NCBI GenBank assembly: GCA_965262715.1
Contig: OZ253553.1
Span: 1,728,001 to 1,792,000 of the forward strand
Direction of reading: 5' to 3'
Source of the DNA: Bdellovibrionales bacterium
GTDB taxonomy: Bacteria > Bdellovibrionota > Bdellovibrionia > Bdellovibrionales > JAUICD01
DNA: 64,000 bases
Under the pieces are notes generated by a model. That model did no database searches and was not told the origin of the DNA. It saw nothing but the letters and a program-made list of their open reading frames with translations. The translations under genes and the position numbers were made by a program. Positions 8,473-19,531 of this stretch are shown here, in pieces. Each line of letters opens with the position of its first letter. Position 1 is the first letter of the stretch.

Positions 8473-9735
8473 TTAAACACTTAGGTAATGTTTCCACTGG
8501 CCTAAAAGCTCTGGAGTTAAAAGTACTCTGCAGTTTGTTCCTAAACTGTGTTCTTCTTGTCTTGTGATATTGGCTTTTCTAGAAAGTTCATGGATTTTAG
8601 AGACTTCATTTAGAGGAAAGAAAAGTTCATATTCATGGCAAAGATTTGAAATCACTTCCGCCATTAGCTCTTTTAGTTGGTTCATCCCTTCTTTTGATCT
8701 AGCACTTACAAAACATCTTGGAGATTCTGTGATATTAAATTCTTCAATTGAAGAGAGTTGATCTATTTTATTAAAAACATAAATGATAGGTTTATCAGAC
8801 CAGTCTAAGTCTACAAGCAAGTCCATAGTCATTTCCATCTGCTCTCTCCATTGAGTAGCAGATAAATCTACAACATGAATCAATGCATCTGCATCAGAAG
8901 CTTCCTCTAATGTGGCTTTAAAAGACTCAATGAGTTTTGTAGGTAGCTTTTTAATAAATCCCACTGTATCTGTGATCAAAACAGGAGGAGAATTTGGAAA
9001 AAATACTTTTCGTGTTGTAGGATCTAAAGTCGCAAAAAGTTTGTCTTCAATATAAACATGAGCTTTCGTCAGGCAATTAAAAAGAGAGCTCTTACCTGCA
9101 TTGGTATAACCAACCATGGCAAAACAGGGCATACCCTTTTTTTCTCTTCTTTGCCTGTGTCTCTTGCGGTGTTTGCGAACCATTTTTAATTTTTGTTGAA
9201 TTGTGTGTATACGATTTGCTAAAGTCCTTCGGTCAATCTCAAGTGCCTTCTCTCCAGGCCCTCTGGTTCCAATACCTCCTCCTAACCGTGATAAACTTCC
9301 CAGCCATGCTCCTACCATGCGAGATTTTTGATCTAATAACTGTGCTAGTTCAACTTGCAATTTCCCTTCTCTGCTGCGCGCTCTTTGTGCAAAAATATCT
9401 AAAATTAAAAGAGTTCTATCTAACACGGGGACTTTTAATATTTGCTCTAAATTTCTTTGTTGAATTCCAGAAAGATGATGATCAATGATCACCTTGTGAG
9501 CTGATACTTCTTCTAAAAGTAATCTTATCTCTTCAATTTTACCAGACCCAATTAAGGTTGAAGGGTTCCAACGATTTAAGTATTGTGTGAGTTTATAAAC
9601 AACCTGACCTCCAGCTGTTTTTGTCAACTGTTCAAGCTCTTGAAGATTGTCTGTATTAGAGATTATACCAGATATATCATCGATATTTTTTGGTGATTTA
9701 AGTATGACGCCGACTAAAATAATTTTTTCAGTCAT
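8473..9735 (-). CDS. hflX: GTPase HflX
   Basis: GTRGPGE, GYTNAGKS, LFATLDPT, DTVGF, NKID motifs. Confidence 0.96.
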   Translation of the reverse strand: MTEKIILVGVILKSPKNIDDISGIISNTDNLQELEQLTKTAGGQVVYKLTQYLNRWNPSTLIGSGKIEEIRLLLEEVSAHKVIIDHHLSGIQQRNLEQILKVPVLDRTLLILDIFAQRARSREGKLQVELAQLLDQKSRMVGAWLGSLSRLGGGIGTRGPGEKALEIDRRTLANRIHTIQQKLKMVRKHRKRHRQRREKKGMPCFAMVGYTNAGKSSLFNCLTKAHVYIEDKLFATLDPTTRKVFFPNSPPVLITDTVGFIKKLPTKLIESFKATLEEASDADALIHVVDLSATQWREQMEMTMDLLVDLDWSDKPIIYVFNKIDQLSSIEEFNITESPRCFVSARSKEGMNQLKELMAEVISNLCHEYELFFPLNEVSKIHELSRKANITRQEEHSLGTNCRVLLTPELLGQWKHYLSV

Positions 9736-12026
9736 AAGTTTAATTTTTTCTCCTTTAATGTGTGCACTTGTAGTGCTGTAAAAGCTGCTGTATTGACAAT
9801 ATCATTTACAGAACAAGATCTATGAAGAACATTTGCAGGACGTTTAACTCCCATGAGAAAAGGACCTAATACCTCACCTTTTCCTAAGCTTTGTATCATT
9901 TTATAAGCAATATTTCCTGAATCCAAATTAGGAAAGATTAAAATGTTAGCAGATCTTTTAAGCTGGGAAAAAGGAAAGAGCTCTTTAATAATATTAGTGT
10001 TAAGAGCAGTGCTCACTTGCATTTCACCATCTATCATCAATTGAGGATGAGTTTCCTTCACAATTTCTGCAGCACGTCTCATTTTTTGAGGTGTAGGATG
10101 AAAAGCCGCAAAATTGGAAAAGCTGAGCATAGCAATTCTAGGTTGTATACGGAAAAATTGAGCCACATCTGCCACATGTAAAGCAATACTGGCTAACTGT
10201 TCTGCTGAAGGATCTATATTAACAGTCGTATCAGCAAAAAAATAAATTTCGCGGTTAATGATCATTATAATGAGGCCAGCAGCAACGTTTTTATCACTTC
10301 TACCAATGATTTGCAAAACAGGTCTTACTGAGTCTGCATAGTTTTGAGTGGTACCAGAAATCATGGCATCAGCATCTCCTAAATATACGCTCATAGCAGC
10401 AAAGTAATTTACATCACGCATAAGTCGCTGTGCCTCTCGAAAATGAACACCTCTGCGATGTCTTAGTTTATGTAGTGCTTTAATGTATTTGTCATATTTG
10501 GTATAAGTCTCTGGATTAAGAATTTGAAGGTCTTTGATTTCATCTAAGTGGAGATCCTCTGCTGTTTGTAGGATATGTTTCTTATCACCAATCAAAATGG
10601 GCTTTGCAAAACCTTCTTCTAAAATTTGAGATACGGCCTTTAAAACTTTAGAATTATTTGCTTCTGGAAATATGATACTAGGTAAGCTGTGCTTCTTGGA
10701 TCTGACATTTCTTTTTACATCATTGATAATTTCTCTGACAAACTCCTTCGAAGCACCTTGTAAAGATTCTAATTTCTCTCTATATTTATCGTAGTTTGTA
10801 ATGGGAAACCGTGCGACTCCAGAATCCTTTGCAGCCTTTGCAACAGCAGGTGCAATCCTTAAAAGGACACGAGGGTCAAAAGGTTTAGGCAGTAAGTAGT
10901 CTGGTCCAAACTCAAAATGTTTACCATCATAGGCGTTAGATACAGATTCTGGGATTTCTTCATGAGCAAGCTCTGCAAGAGCATGAACAGTAGCCAGTTT
11001 CATCTTCTTTGTAAGAGATGTTGCTTTAACGTCTAAAGCTCCTTTAAAAATAAATGGAAAACACAATAAGTTATTAACTTGATTTGGAAAGTCACTTCTT
11101 CCTGTAGCAATAATAGCATCTGGTCTTACAGATTTAGCTATATCAGGCATGATCTCAGGAGTAGGGTTAGCCAGTGCAAATACAATAGGATTTTTTGTCA
11201 TGCCTTTTAACATATCTGGCTTCAGGGCATCGCCAACACTTAGTCCCATAAAAACATCTGCACCAATAAGTGCCTCTTTTAGATTTTGAATCTTAGGATT
11301 ATATTTAATAGCAAATTCTTCTTTGTTTTTATTCATTCCCTCTTTGCGGCCTTTGTAAATAACACCTTTAGAGTCACACATGATGATGTTTTCTCTTAGT
11401 ACACCTAGATCAAGAAAGAGCCTAGCACAAGCAATAGAAGCTGCTCCTGCGCCATTAAAAACAAGCTGCAAGCTCTCCATAGGTTTTTTAACGATCTCAG
11501 ATGCGTTGATCAATGCGGCAGCAGAAATAATGGCTGTTCCATGTTGGTCATCATGAAATATAGGGATTTGCATTTGTTTTGTAAGTCTTTCTTCAATCTC
11601 AAAGCACTCAGGTGCTTTAATATCTTCTAGATTGATGCCTCCAAAAGTAGGCTCTAAAGCTTTAACTACTTGCACAAATTCATCTGCTGTCTTTGCAGTG
11701 ATTTCTATATCAAAAACATCAATATCTGCAAATTTCTTAAAGAGAATGCCTTTTCCTTCCATGACAGGCTTGCTAGCAAGCGGACCAATGTTTCCTAATC
11801 CTAACACAGCTGTGCCATTGGATATAACAGCAACCAAGTTTCCACGGGTTGTGTATTCAAAGACTTTTAAAGGGTCTTTAGCAATTTCCATGCAAGGTAA
11901 GGCCACACCAGGGGAGTAAGCTAAGGCTAGGTCTTGTTCTGTGTTACAAGGCTTGGTAGAGATGACTTCTATTTTACCTTTTCGCCCTGATGAATGAAAT
12001 TCCAATGCATCTTTTGATGGCTTCAT
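9732..12026 (-). CDS. maeB: NADP-dependent malic enzyme with phosphotransacetylase-like domain
   Basis: [31 protein letters not shown]-terminal PTA domain. Confidence 0.96.
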   Translation of the reverse strand: MKPSKDALEFHSSGRKGKIEVISTKPCNTEQDLALAYSPGVALPCMEIAKDPLKVFEYTTRGNLVAVISNGTAVLGLGNIGPLASKPVMEGKGILFKKFADIDVFDIEITAKTADEFVQVVKALEPTFGGINLEDIKAPECFEIEERLTKQMQIPIFHDDQHGTAIISAAALINASEIVKKPMESLQLVFNGAGAASIACARLFLDLGVLRENIIMCDSKGVIYKGRKEGMNKNKEEFAIKYNPKIQNLKEALIGADVFMGLSVGDALKPDMLKGMTKNPIVFALANPTPEIMPDIAKSVRPDAIIATGRSDFPNQVNNLLCFPFIFKGALDVKATSLTKKMKLATVHALAELAHEEIPESVSNAYDGKHFEFGPDYLLPKPFDPRVLLRIAPAVAKAAKDSGVARFPITNYDKYREKLESLQGASKEFVREIINDVKRNVRSKKHSLPSIIFPEANNSKVLKAVSQILEEGFAKPILIGDKKHILQTAEDLHLDEIKDLQILNPETYTKYDKYIKALHKLRHRRGVHFREAQRLMRDVNYFAAMSVYLGDADAMISGTTQNYADSVRPVLQIIGRSDKNVAAGLIIMIINREIYFFADTTVNIDPSAEQLASIALHVADVAQFFRIQPRIAMLSFSNFAAFHPTPQKMRRAAEIVKETHPQLMIDGEMQVSTALNTNIIKELFPFSQLKRSANILIFPNLDSGNIAYKMIQSLGKGEVLGPFLMGVKRPANVLHRSCSVNDIVNTAAFTALQVHTLKEKKLNL

Positions 12027-12174
12027 AAGGCCTCCTCTTTTATATTATAACTCATAATACTTTACAATTCTTTTTCTTTTGTCAAAAGCTATCAGAAATC
12101 TATAAAGAAAGATATAAAAGATCATAAAAACTTAACTGATGGAAGCTTCATAAGACAAGAAAATAATAGAAAGT

Positions 12175-12804
12175 ATGGTGATAAAAGCCATGTTTTTAGG
12201 TAATAATGTGAAAAATAAAGCAAATTATGTAAAATTTCCTAAAATAACTTTTATTAAGAGTGCATCAAACCAGAACTCTTATCCTGATCTGTTACTGCCT
12301 GAAATTGCTTTAATGGGGAGATCTAACTCAGGAAAATCCTCTTTTTTAAATGCTTTATCAAACTGCAAAATAGCTAAAGTTTCTGCAACTCCTGGTAAAA
12401 CACAGCTTTTAAACTTTTTTGAAGTGGGTAAAAAATATTATTTAGTGGATATGCCTGGTTATGGCTATGCTAAGCGTCCTAGAAAAGAGATTTTCTCTTG
12501 GAAAGATATGATAGAAACTTATTTAAGTCAGAGAGAGTCTTTAGTAGGTCTTATTTTAGTGATGGATATTAGACGCAAGTGGGCTATTGAAGAGAGTCAA
12601 CTTTTGGATTGGTTAGATAAAGGAAGATTAGAAAGAAAGAATATCATTATTATTTTAAATAAAGCTGATAAATTAAGCAAGTATCTTCAAAAAAAACAAG
12701 TAAAAGAAATACAATCTAACTCTGGTGTTGATGATGTTTTTGCTATATCCTGCAAGAAAAAAGTAGGTATTATTGATCTCCAAAAGCGCATCTTTAATCA
12801 ATAA
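12175..12804 (+). CDS. engB: Ribosome biogenesis GTPase YihA/YsxC
   Basis: GRSNSGKSS, TPGKTQ, DMPGYG, NKAD. Confidence 0.93.
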   Translation: MVIKAMFLGNNVKNKANYVKFPKITFIKSASNQNSYPDLLLPEIALMGRSNSGKSSFLNALSNCKIAKVSATPGKTQLLNFFEVGKKYYLVDMPGYGYAKRPRKEIFSWKDMIETYLSQRESLVGLILVMDIRRKWAIEESQLLDWLDKGRLERKNIIIILNKADKLSKYLQKKQVKEIQSNSGVDDVFAISCKKKVGIIDLQKRIFNQ

Positions 12805-13014
12805 AAAATCAATCTATAAATGTCATGAACTAAATGGAAGCACTCTCATCTGAAATCTCTACAGATTCTAGAGCTTCTGAAAACCTCTAAACCTCACTCC
12901 AGTTCTGATGGCTTCTTGCAAGTTGAGTAAAAACAAAGGCTTGATGCAAAAACAGAAAAATAAATAACTGACCTTACGCAAAGACACTTGAATAAAGAGA
13001 GGTTAATTTAAGTT

Positions 13015-13286
13015 TCAAGTATTTTTACACAATTTATATAGAAAGGCTCCTATTTTATTAGCTTCTTTTATTAACTTTTGATGATTAACAAGAGTTAGTA
13101 TTGCTTACTTCCCTCAGAGAACCTAAGCTAATCTCATAGAACTTCCTACGTTCTTTATGACTAGACTTAGCAGAGCCTTCAGCTAGATTAAGTACAATGC
13201 TAAGCATAGCTCTTTGAAACTGGTTCTTCATAGGTCCTCTTAAACTTAAGCTGTTAGGTTTATGATAGAATTGAATTGCTAATTGA
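13015..13286 (-). pseudogene. Four-helix-bundle (23S rRNA IVP-like) protein, 5' truncated and frameshifted
   Basis: Manual translation QLAIQFYH...KNQFQRAMLSIVLNLAEGSAK...RRKFYEISLGSLREV, frameshift, then AILTLVNH...IGAFLYKLCKNT*. Confidence 0.75.
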
Positions 13287-13744
13287 GCTGGACCTTCAAT
13301 TTATTTCTTGAACTTCAAACAGACTGCCAGTCTCCCGGGACTCCCGGACCACAGAGGTAGCAATTAAGCAAGGTTTAACTTAGGTAAATTAGTAAACAAC
13401 AACAAGCCTCTTAAAATTATAAAAGTTGCGTAGGATGAATAAATAAGAAAAATATCTCATAAGTTGCCTTATACTCTATTTCATTGACTTTTTATGTGAA
13501 CTTATAAGACATACAATAAGAATGAAATCTGTTGAATAAAAATAAAAATTTAGGATATAAAAAGAGAAAATCATGTAATAATCACATGGGTTACATAATT
13601 AAGAAAAACTTATGGTAAATAGCGCGAAGTTAGAATGCCTAGAGAATATTTAAATTCGCCAAATCATGTGGATTTTGAATAATGACTATGAAAATTTTTT
13701 AAAATATTGAAGCATTTTCAAACTTTAAGAAAAGGGTATAAGGA

Positions 13745-14788
13745 ATGGTTGATTTAAAGGTTTTAAAAATAACAGCTATAAGCCTTTTAGTGCTCACTAT
13801 GAGTTGTGGAGGAACAAACCCTAAACAGCCTGTAAGGCTTAAGATGAGTAATCAACAATTAAACGAAGCTATTTACAGATATCTTTCAACATATGATGAA
13901 ATAAAACAAGGAGTAGTTAATGAGTTCTCTCGTATAGTCCATGAAAATGCAGACATATTTAATTATTTAACAGAGGCAAAAACTGATCCTGAATTTTTAC
14001 CTTATCTTGAAAAATACTCAAGCTTGAAAATGCAATATAAAAACCAACCTATCAATACAAATGTGAAAGTTCTATTTAGTACTCATCCGTTAAAAACATC
14101 TGATCATCTTAAGTATGTTAAACACAGTGGTTATTGCAATTTCTTCACTCAGAGTATTTTTATAGACCGTGGTTTTTGGAAAGCGCACCGTGATAATGAA
14201 AGAGCAAGGGAAAGCATTTTGTTTCACGAGTTGGGACATTGTGACCTAGATAGGAAACATTTTCTTTTAAGGGGTGATTTTTCTTCCTATATTCAAACAG
14301 AGAATTTTTCTTTTATGAATGGAGATATAATATACTCATTATTATTTAGTCTACTGACTGAATCTGAATTGAGGCACCTTGTTATTGATGAGTATAATCT
14401 TTATTCTCATCGAATAAAAGCAGCAAAAATGGATTTAGATCAAACTTTTGAAAGCATGTATCAAGAACTTTTCTCAAAAGAAAATACTAGAAACAATTTT
14501 GCATGTGAAGGTGATGATGAGTGTGTACAACTCACTCAAGAAAAAAGTGTTGGTAATTTTAAAAGTGAGGTTCTTTCTGTTTTAAGACACACAACAATTG
14601 GTCCTAGTCAAGGAAAGGATTTTCAAGACCTCATAACCCGCGTGCGATTACAACATATCTGTTATTTTTATAATAGAGATGATTATACGCCTCTAAATGA
14701 TTATTTAGAGGAGCAAGATGAAATGACAGATAGAGAAGTGGTTAGATCTTGTCAACTTAATGAATTCAATAATCGCCGACTGCTTTGA
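13745..14788 (+). CDS. Lipoprotein, putative zinc metallopeptidase (HELGHCDL family, paralog 1)
   Basis: Lipobox-like LTMSC; DPEFLPYLEKY, IDRGFW and LFHELGHCDL shared with 46241 and 47608. Confidence 0.75.
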   Translation: MVDLKVLKITAISLLVLTMSCGGTNPKQPVRLKMSNQQLNEAIYRYLSTYDEIKQGVVNEFSRIVHENADIFNYLTEAKTDPEFLPYLEKYSSLKMQYKNQPINTNVKVLFSTHPLKTSDHLKYVKHSGYCNFFTQSIFIDRGFWKAHRDNERARESILFHELGHCDLDRKHFLLRGDFSSYIQTENFSFMNGDIIYSLLFSLLTESELRHLVIDEYNLYSHRIKAAKMDLDQTFESMYQELFSKENTRNNFACEGDDECVQLTQEKSVGNFKSEVLSVLRHTTIGPSQGKDFQDLITRVRLQHICYFYNRDDYTPLNDYLEEQDEMTDREVVRSCQLNEFNNRRLL

Positions 14789-14863
14789 TAGACGACTAAA
14801 TCATATTTTAAACTTGAGGTTATGGGCAAGATGATTTAATTTAAAATAGGTAGAAAAGAGGGG

Positions 14864-15571
14864 TTGAAGTTTATGTCACGTCATCTATTAAAAGCAGAAA
14901 TGAAAGAAGTTCAAAATAAGCTCATAGAACTTAGCGTTTTGGTTGAAGATAGTTTAGATAAAGCATTGAAGGCTATAAAGGAAAACGACTTAGAATTAGC
15001 TAAAGATGTGGTATCACAAGATCGCAAAATTGATATGATGGAGGTACGCTTAGAAGAAGAATGCCTAAAAACTTTAGCACTCTATCAGCCTGTTGCTACA
15101 GATCTGAGATTTATTGTAGCTGTCTTAAAAATCAATAATGATTTAGAGAGAATCGGGGACCTATCTGTCAATATTGCTAAGAGAGCACTTTTTTTAAAAA
15201 ACACTTCTTTTAAAGAACTTCCTTTTGATTTCAAAAAGATCACTAGTCTCACCAAATTTATGTTAAGGGCTTCTTTAGATTCTTTTATTCGATTAGATAC
15301 ACAGTTAGCAGAAGAAGTTTGTAGGACAGATAGTGAAGTGGATACACTACACAAAAATACCTATATAAATGTGATTGAAAAAGTGCAAAAAGTCCCTGAC
15401 CAAACTGAATTTTCAATTCAGTGCCTATCTATATCTCGGTTTTTAGAACGTATTGCAGATTACACCACGAATATTGCGGAAGATGTGATCTACCTGACAA
15501 GTGGTAAGATTGTTCGCCACTATGAACAAATCACCTCGTCTATAAATACTCCTAAAAAAAAGTCTAAATAA
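14864..15571 (+). CDS. phoU: Phosphate signalling protein PhoU
   Basis: QPVATDLR, DLERIGD, LERIADY..NIAE. Confidence 0.95.
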   Translation: MKFMSRHLLKAEMKEVQNKLIELSVLVEDSLDKALKAIKENDLELAKDVVSQDRKIDMMEVRLEEECLKTLALYQPVATDLRFIVAVLKINNDLERIGDLSVNIAKRALFLKNTSFKELPFDFKKITSLTKFMLRASLDSFIRLDTQLAEEVCRTDSEVDTLHKNTYINVIEKVQKVPDQTEFSIQCLSISRFLERIADYTTNIAEDVIYLTSGKIVRHYEQITSSINTPKKKSK

Positions 15572-15611
15572 TTTTTTAACGGCGGTTATCAAAAGAGGAA
15601 GTTCATATAGT

Positions 15612-16088
15612 TTAGCTTAAATCTTGTAAAATTTGATTAACATGTCCTCTGACTTTGACTTTGTGGTAAATTTTATGAATTATTCCATCAGAGGTAATAA
15701 TAAATGTAGTTCTCCTAATGGGATTAAAGATAACATTTCCAAACACTTTTATTTTTTGGAGAACACCATATTTTTCGCAAACTTCACCTTCATGATCTAC
15801 TAAGAGAGAGAAATTTAAACCATATTTTTTCATAAACCTCTGGTGCAAAGCTTCTGAATCTTTACTTATCCCAATAACAGCAGTTTTTCTCTTTTTGAAC
15901 TCATTTATTTTATCTCTAAAATCACAAGCTTCCATTGCACAGCCTGGAGTCATATCTCTTGGGTAAAAATACAGAATAACTTTTTTATCATAAAAATCTC
16001 TTAAAGATATATTTCTGCCGAGTTGATCTCTTAAGGAAAATTCAGGAGCTTCATCCCCTGCATTCAATAAAAAATATTCGTTATTCAT
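15612..16088 (-). CDS. bcp: Thioredoxin-dependent peroxiredoxin Bcp
   Basis: YFYPRDMTPGCAMEACDFRD. Confidence 0.93.
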   Translation of the reverse strand: MNNEYFLLNAGDEAPEFSLRDQLGRNISLRDFYDKKVILYFYPRDMTPGCAMEACDFRDKINEFKKRKTAVIGISKDSEALHQRFMKKYGLNFSLLVDHEGEVCEKYGVLQKIKVFGNVIFNPIRRTTFIITSDGIIHKIYHKVKVRGHVNQILQDLS

Positions 16089-16118
16089 CCTAAATACCTT
16101 AACTTTTTGCTTATAATT

Positions 16119-16622
16119 CTAATTTATTTGCTGTGCTAAATAGTTTTCAACACCTATATTATTAATACATGATAGTTGAACCTCAATCCAATCGATATGC
16201 TCCTCTTCATTCGACAAAATATCTTCTAAAATTTCACGGGTAGTGTGATCTTTGACTTTAAAGCAGATATCAACACCTTCTCTTAAAATAGGAAGACTTT
16301 TTAGTTCTAAGTCAAGATCATATTGCAATTGTTGTAAAACATTCTGACCTACCCTTATGGAGTTACTTTGTTGTAAGTTAGGGAGACCTTCCAAAAACAA
16401 AATGCGATCAATCAATTTTTGCGCATGCTTCATCTCATCTATAGATTCTTTGTGCAATTTAGATGCTAACTTATGATAACCCCAACTTTTAGTAAGACGT
16501 GCATGTAAAAAGTATTGGTTAATAGCAATTAACTCGTTTGATAAAGCTTTATTCAAATTAGATATGACTTTAACATCGCCCTTCATTTCATACCCTAAAG
16601 AAGACAGTGAATTAATTAACAC
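16119..16622 (-). CDS. bfr: Bacterioferritin (start probably MKGD)
   Basis: MKGD...ELIAINQYFLH, ESIDEMKHA, EEEHIDW. Confidence 0.95.
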   Translation of the reverse strand: MLINSLSSLGYEMKGDVKVISNLNKALSNELIAINQYFLHARLTKSWGYHKLASKLHKESIDEMKHAQKLIDRILFLEGLPNLQQSNSIRVGQNVLQQLQYDLDLELKSLPILREGVDICFKVKDHTTREILEDILSNEEEHIDWIEVQLSCINNIGVENYLAQQIN

Positions 16623-16794
16623 GCTATATTTTTTAAGACACCTAGTTTCACAATAAATTTTTCTGCTTATTTGTCAAGTGCTTATGTGGATTTTCACATT
16701 GACTTTTATGTTTTAAAAATAAAAAATGTAAATTATTTAAATTGTGTGAGGTTTTCATAAAATATAAATAAAAGGGCTTATAGGTGGTCAATAA

Positions 16795-18105
16795 GTGTTA
16801 AGTTGTTCTTTAAAGAAAGCTTATTTTTTAAGTATTTTATCTGTTTTCTTATATACGAATGCCTTTTCTTCTATTGATTCTTTAAAAAAAAAGCATAAAA
16901 CAAATCTTTTTTCTAAAGATTATTGGACTGAAATCAACTGGAAGCAAAAAAATATTACAAAAGACTCGACAAAAAAGACAAAGGCTTGGATTCGCACAGC
17001 TATCTTATTTGATGAATGGAACTTTGCTGCATTTGTATGGAATCCTCAAACAGTTATTCCTTTTTATTTTAATGGCAGACCTGCATTAGATTATGTTATT
17101 AATAAAAATGTTCGCTTGAAGGTTCAAAGAGTGACACAAAGTCACGTTCAGATTCGCATAAAAAAACAAAATCTATGGATTTTAAGAGACTTGTTGAGGA
17201 TTGATCAGAATGATTGGGGTTATATTGTTTCAAAACATAAGACACCTCTTAGAACAAAGCCATCTAGTCAATCAAAAATCACAGGCTATCTTTCTGCTGG
17301 TTTAAAACTTACACCTATAAGGTTTCAGAATGAGTTTGTCCAAGTTGAATGGAAACAAAAGCCACACTTTATTCCTTTTAGCTATGTGATCTCCCGGTTG
17401 AACTTTGCTGAGAAAATCAAAGTTAATGCTGACTGGAAAGACATTCTTTTTGTGATGGACCATTGGATTAAAACTACAGACCACCAATTTATATCTATTG
17501 ATCAAATTGAAGGAATACAGGGAGGAAGGTCTTTAGCTTACAATATGGCCTCAAAAGCTTATATTAGAAGTCAACCTCATGTTCAAGGTGATGTGCTTCA
17601 AATAGTTGAGCAATTAACTCCTCTTTCTATTATCCCTCAAAAGAGGGACTCTGTTCCTATATCTCAAAGAGTTATTACTACAGATCAACTTTTTAACAGA
17701 AAGGTTTTTGATGTCGCCTCCACAAAGGGGTTGATGTTAGCTTCTGCAAATGGAATTTTTAAATCATCTGACGGGATATTATGGGAAAAACTTGCTTTAT
17801 TTGAAAATAAAAATTTTCCTTTGGCTATTTCACCTTCTGGAAAAATTTATATAGGTCCTTATAGGAGTACAAATGATGGAGAATCATTCCATCAATATGT
17901 TCGATGGGATTTGATTTTTAATGCTCTTAAAGGCAATGACATTCATGCTGTATCAGAACTAAGTATTAAGGATATTGAATTTTTAAATAACAATAGTCGC
18001 GCGCTAAGAATGACACTGCAAATGGGTCGAGATTGGTCTGAAAAGTTAAGATTGACAAAAGTAATTAGTTATGATGAAGGACTGTCCTGGAGCCCTGTTA
18101 AATAA
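16795..18105 (+). CDS. Secreted protein with bacterial SH3-like and Asp-box/BNR-like motifs
   Basis: Signal peptide; LRTKPSSQSKI and IRSQP segments; SSDGILW, STNDGESF, SYDEGLSW. Confidence 0.6.
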   Translation: MLSCSLKKAYFLSILSVFLYTNAFSSIDSLKKKHKTNLFSKDYWTEINWKQKNITKDSTKKTKAWIRTAILFDEWNFAAFVWNPQTVIPFYFNGRPALDYVINKNVRLKVQRVTQSHVQIRIKKQNLWILRDLLRIDQNDWGYIVSKHKTPLRTKPSSQSKITGYLSAGLKLTPIRFQNEFVQVEWKQKPHFIPFSYVISRLNFAEKIKVNADWKDILFVMDHWIKTTDHQFISIDQIEGIQGGRSLAYNMASKAYIRSQPHVQGDVLQIVEQLTPLSIIPQKRDSVPISQRVITTDQLFNRKVFDVASTKGLMLASANGIFKSSDGILWEKLALFENKNFPLAISPSGKIYIGPYRSTNDGESFHQYVRWDLIFNALKGNDIHAVSELSIKDIEFLNNNSRALRMTLQMGRDWSEKLRLTKVISYDEGLSWSPVK

Positions 18106-18273
18106 TACAATGCTTTTCCATTTAATTTAGATGAGAGATGTATTATGAGTATTGAAAAACCTGAGTGGAATCATCTATTTTTATTTTGGGAATCTTGCAA
18201 ATGGGTGATTTGGCAGACAGGTCAGATTATAAAGAGTTAAACAGATGGATATAAGTATTTAAGGATATCGGCA

Positions 18274-19137
18274 ATGGGAAAAGAACAACAAAAAACTTAT
18301 AAATTAAGTCATCTTCCAGATCATGGCTCTCATAAGAAGCTTTGGGAGTCTTATAATGGTAAAACTGCGTGGGTCATAGGAGGTTCAGAGGGTATAGGGG
18401 CTTTTTTAGCTCGATATCTTACGTTTTTTGGCGCAAATGTACTGATTGTATCTCGTCATCAATCTAAATTGGATATCACTTTAAACCAAATGAAAGATTT
18501 AAAGCAGTCTTCAAAACAAACACTACAATGCCTTTCTTTAGATGTTACAAACTACTTAAAGGTAGAAGAATCTCTAAATGCTCATATTAAAAAAGAAGGC
18601 TGTATAGACATTGTCATTAATTGTGCAGGTTATTCTCATCCAGCTTTTTTTACAGAAACTCCTATCGAGGCTTTTCATGATATGATGAATCTTAATTATT
18701 TTGGAACAGTCAATGTTTTGAAAGTACTTGTTCCTCACATGATTCAAAATAAAAAAGGACAGATATTAAATGTTTCTTCTATGGCAGGTTATTTAGGACT
18801 TTTTGGATATTCTGGATATTGTGGAAGTAAGTTTGCTGTGATAGGATTGTCAGAAGCTCTAAAAAGAGAATTAAAGCCTTATAATATTTATGTCTCTGTT
18901 TTATGTCCTCCAGCTACTCAGACACCTGGATTTGAAGCAGAAAATAAAACAAAACCGACAGAAGTGCTCAATGTTGAGAAAAAAGCTAAAATTTTAAACC
19001 CTGATCAAGTAGCGCTATCTGCTCTTAAACAGCTAAGATGTCGCACATTTTTAATCAACCCATCTTTCGAAAGTAAAGCTGCCTACTTGCTAAATCGACT
19101 AGCTCCTTCTATTTTAGATATCTTTGTTAAGCGATAA
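18274..19137 (+). CDS. SDR oxidoreductase, 3-ketodihydrosphingosine reductase (KDSR)-like
   Basis: GGSEGIG, NCAG, YxxSK (YCGSK), PPATQTPGFEAENKTKP. Confidence 0.8.
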   Translation: MGKEQQKTYKLSHLPDHGSHKKLWESYNGKTAWVIGGSEGIGAFLARYLTFFGANVLIVSRHQSKLDITLNQMKDLKQSSKQTLQCLSLDVTNYLKVEESLNAHIKKEGCIDIVINCAGYSHPAFFTETPIEAFHDMMNLNYFGTVNVLKVLVPHMIQNKKGQILNVSSMAGYLGLFGYSGYCGSKFAVIGLSEALKRELKPYNIYVSVLCPPATQTPGFEAENKTKPTEVLNVEKKAKILNPDQVALSALKQLRCRTFLINPSFESKAAYLLNRLAPSILDIFVKR

Positions 19138-19212
19138 GCTTTACTAGGGGCTATTTACTTTTCAAGTTTTTCATTTTAGACTTTCTTAGTGAGTGTTGAC
19201 GTCTTGTATATT

Positions 19213-19506
19213 TTAATTAGGTTCATCTTCGGCAATAACTCTAGACACATCCATCCAAGTTGTTATCACAATACCTTGACTACCTTGACTGCGAAGAACA
19301 AGCCCTTCCATAAGAGCTCTTGCAATAGAAACAACAATAATGATCAGTAAGATATACTCAAGTAAAATTTGCCCCTTTTGTTTCTTCCTTTGATGTATTT
19401 TTGTGTATATTAAGTGCCGACATTGAATTGGCTTTTTTTTTGTAAGGCGGAAGAAAATCTTCAACATATCATTGTTCCTATTATTTTTTTCACATTGACA
19501 AAGCAT
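19213..19506 (-). CDS. Small pilin-like protein with class III signal (start uncertain)
   Basis: KKQKG|QILLEYILLIIIVV. Confidence 0.6.
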   Translation of the reverse strand: MLCQCEKNNRNNDMLKIFFRLTKKKPIQCRHLIYTKIHQRKKQKGQILLEYILLIIIVVSIARALMEGLVLRSQGSQGIVITTWMDVSRVIAEDEPN

Positions 19507-19531
19507 CTTTATAAGATATTTTATACTTAAA

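Noticed and set aside
13015..13286. Four-helix bundle as the Avd of a diversity-generating retroelement
   Set aside because: No reverse transcriptase and no TR/VR pair with adenine-specific mismatches in the window; Rpn and paralog differences are not A-specific
14864..15571. Orphan phoU without pstSCAB
   Set aside because: Stand-alone phoU genes are common; not notable without the rest of the genome
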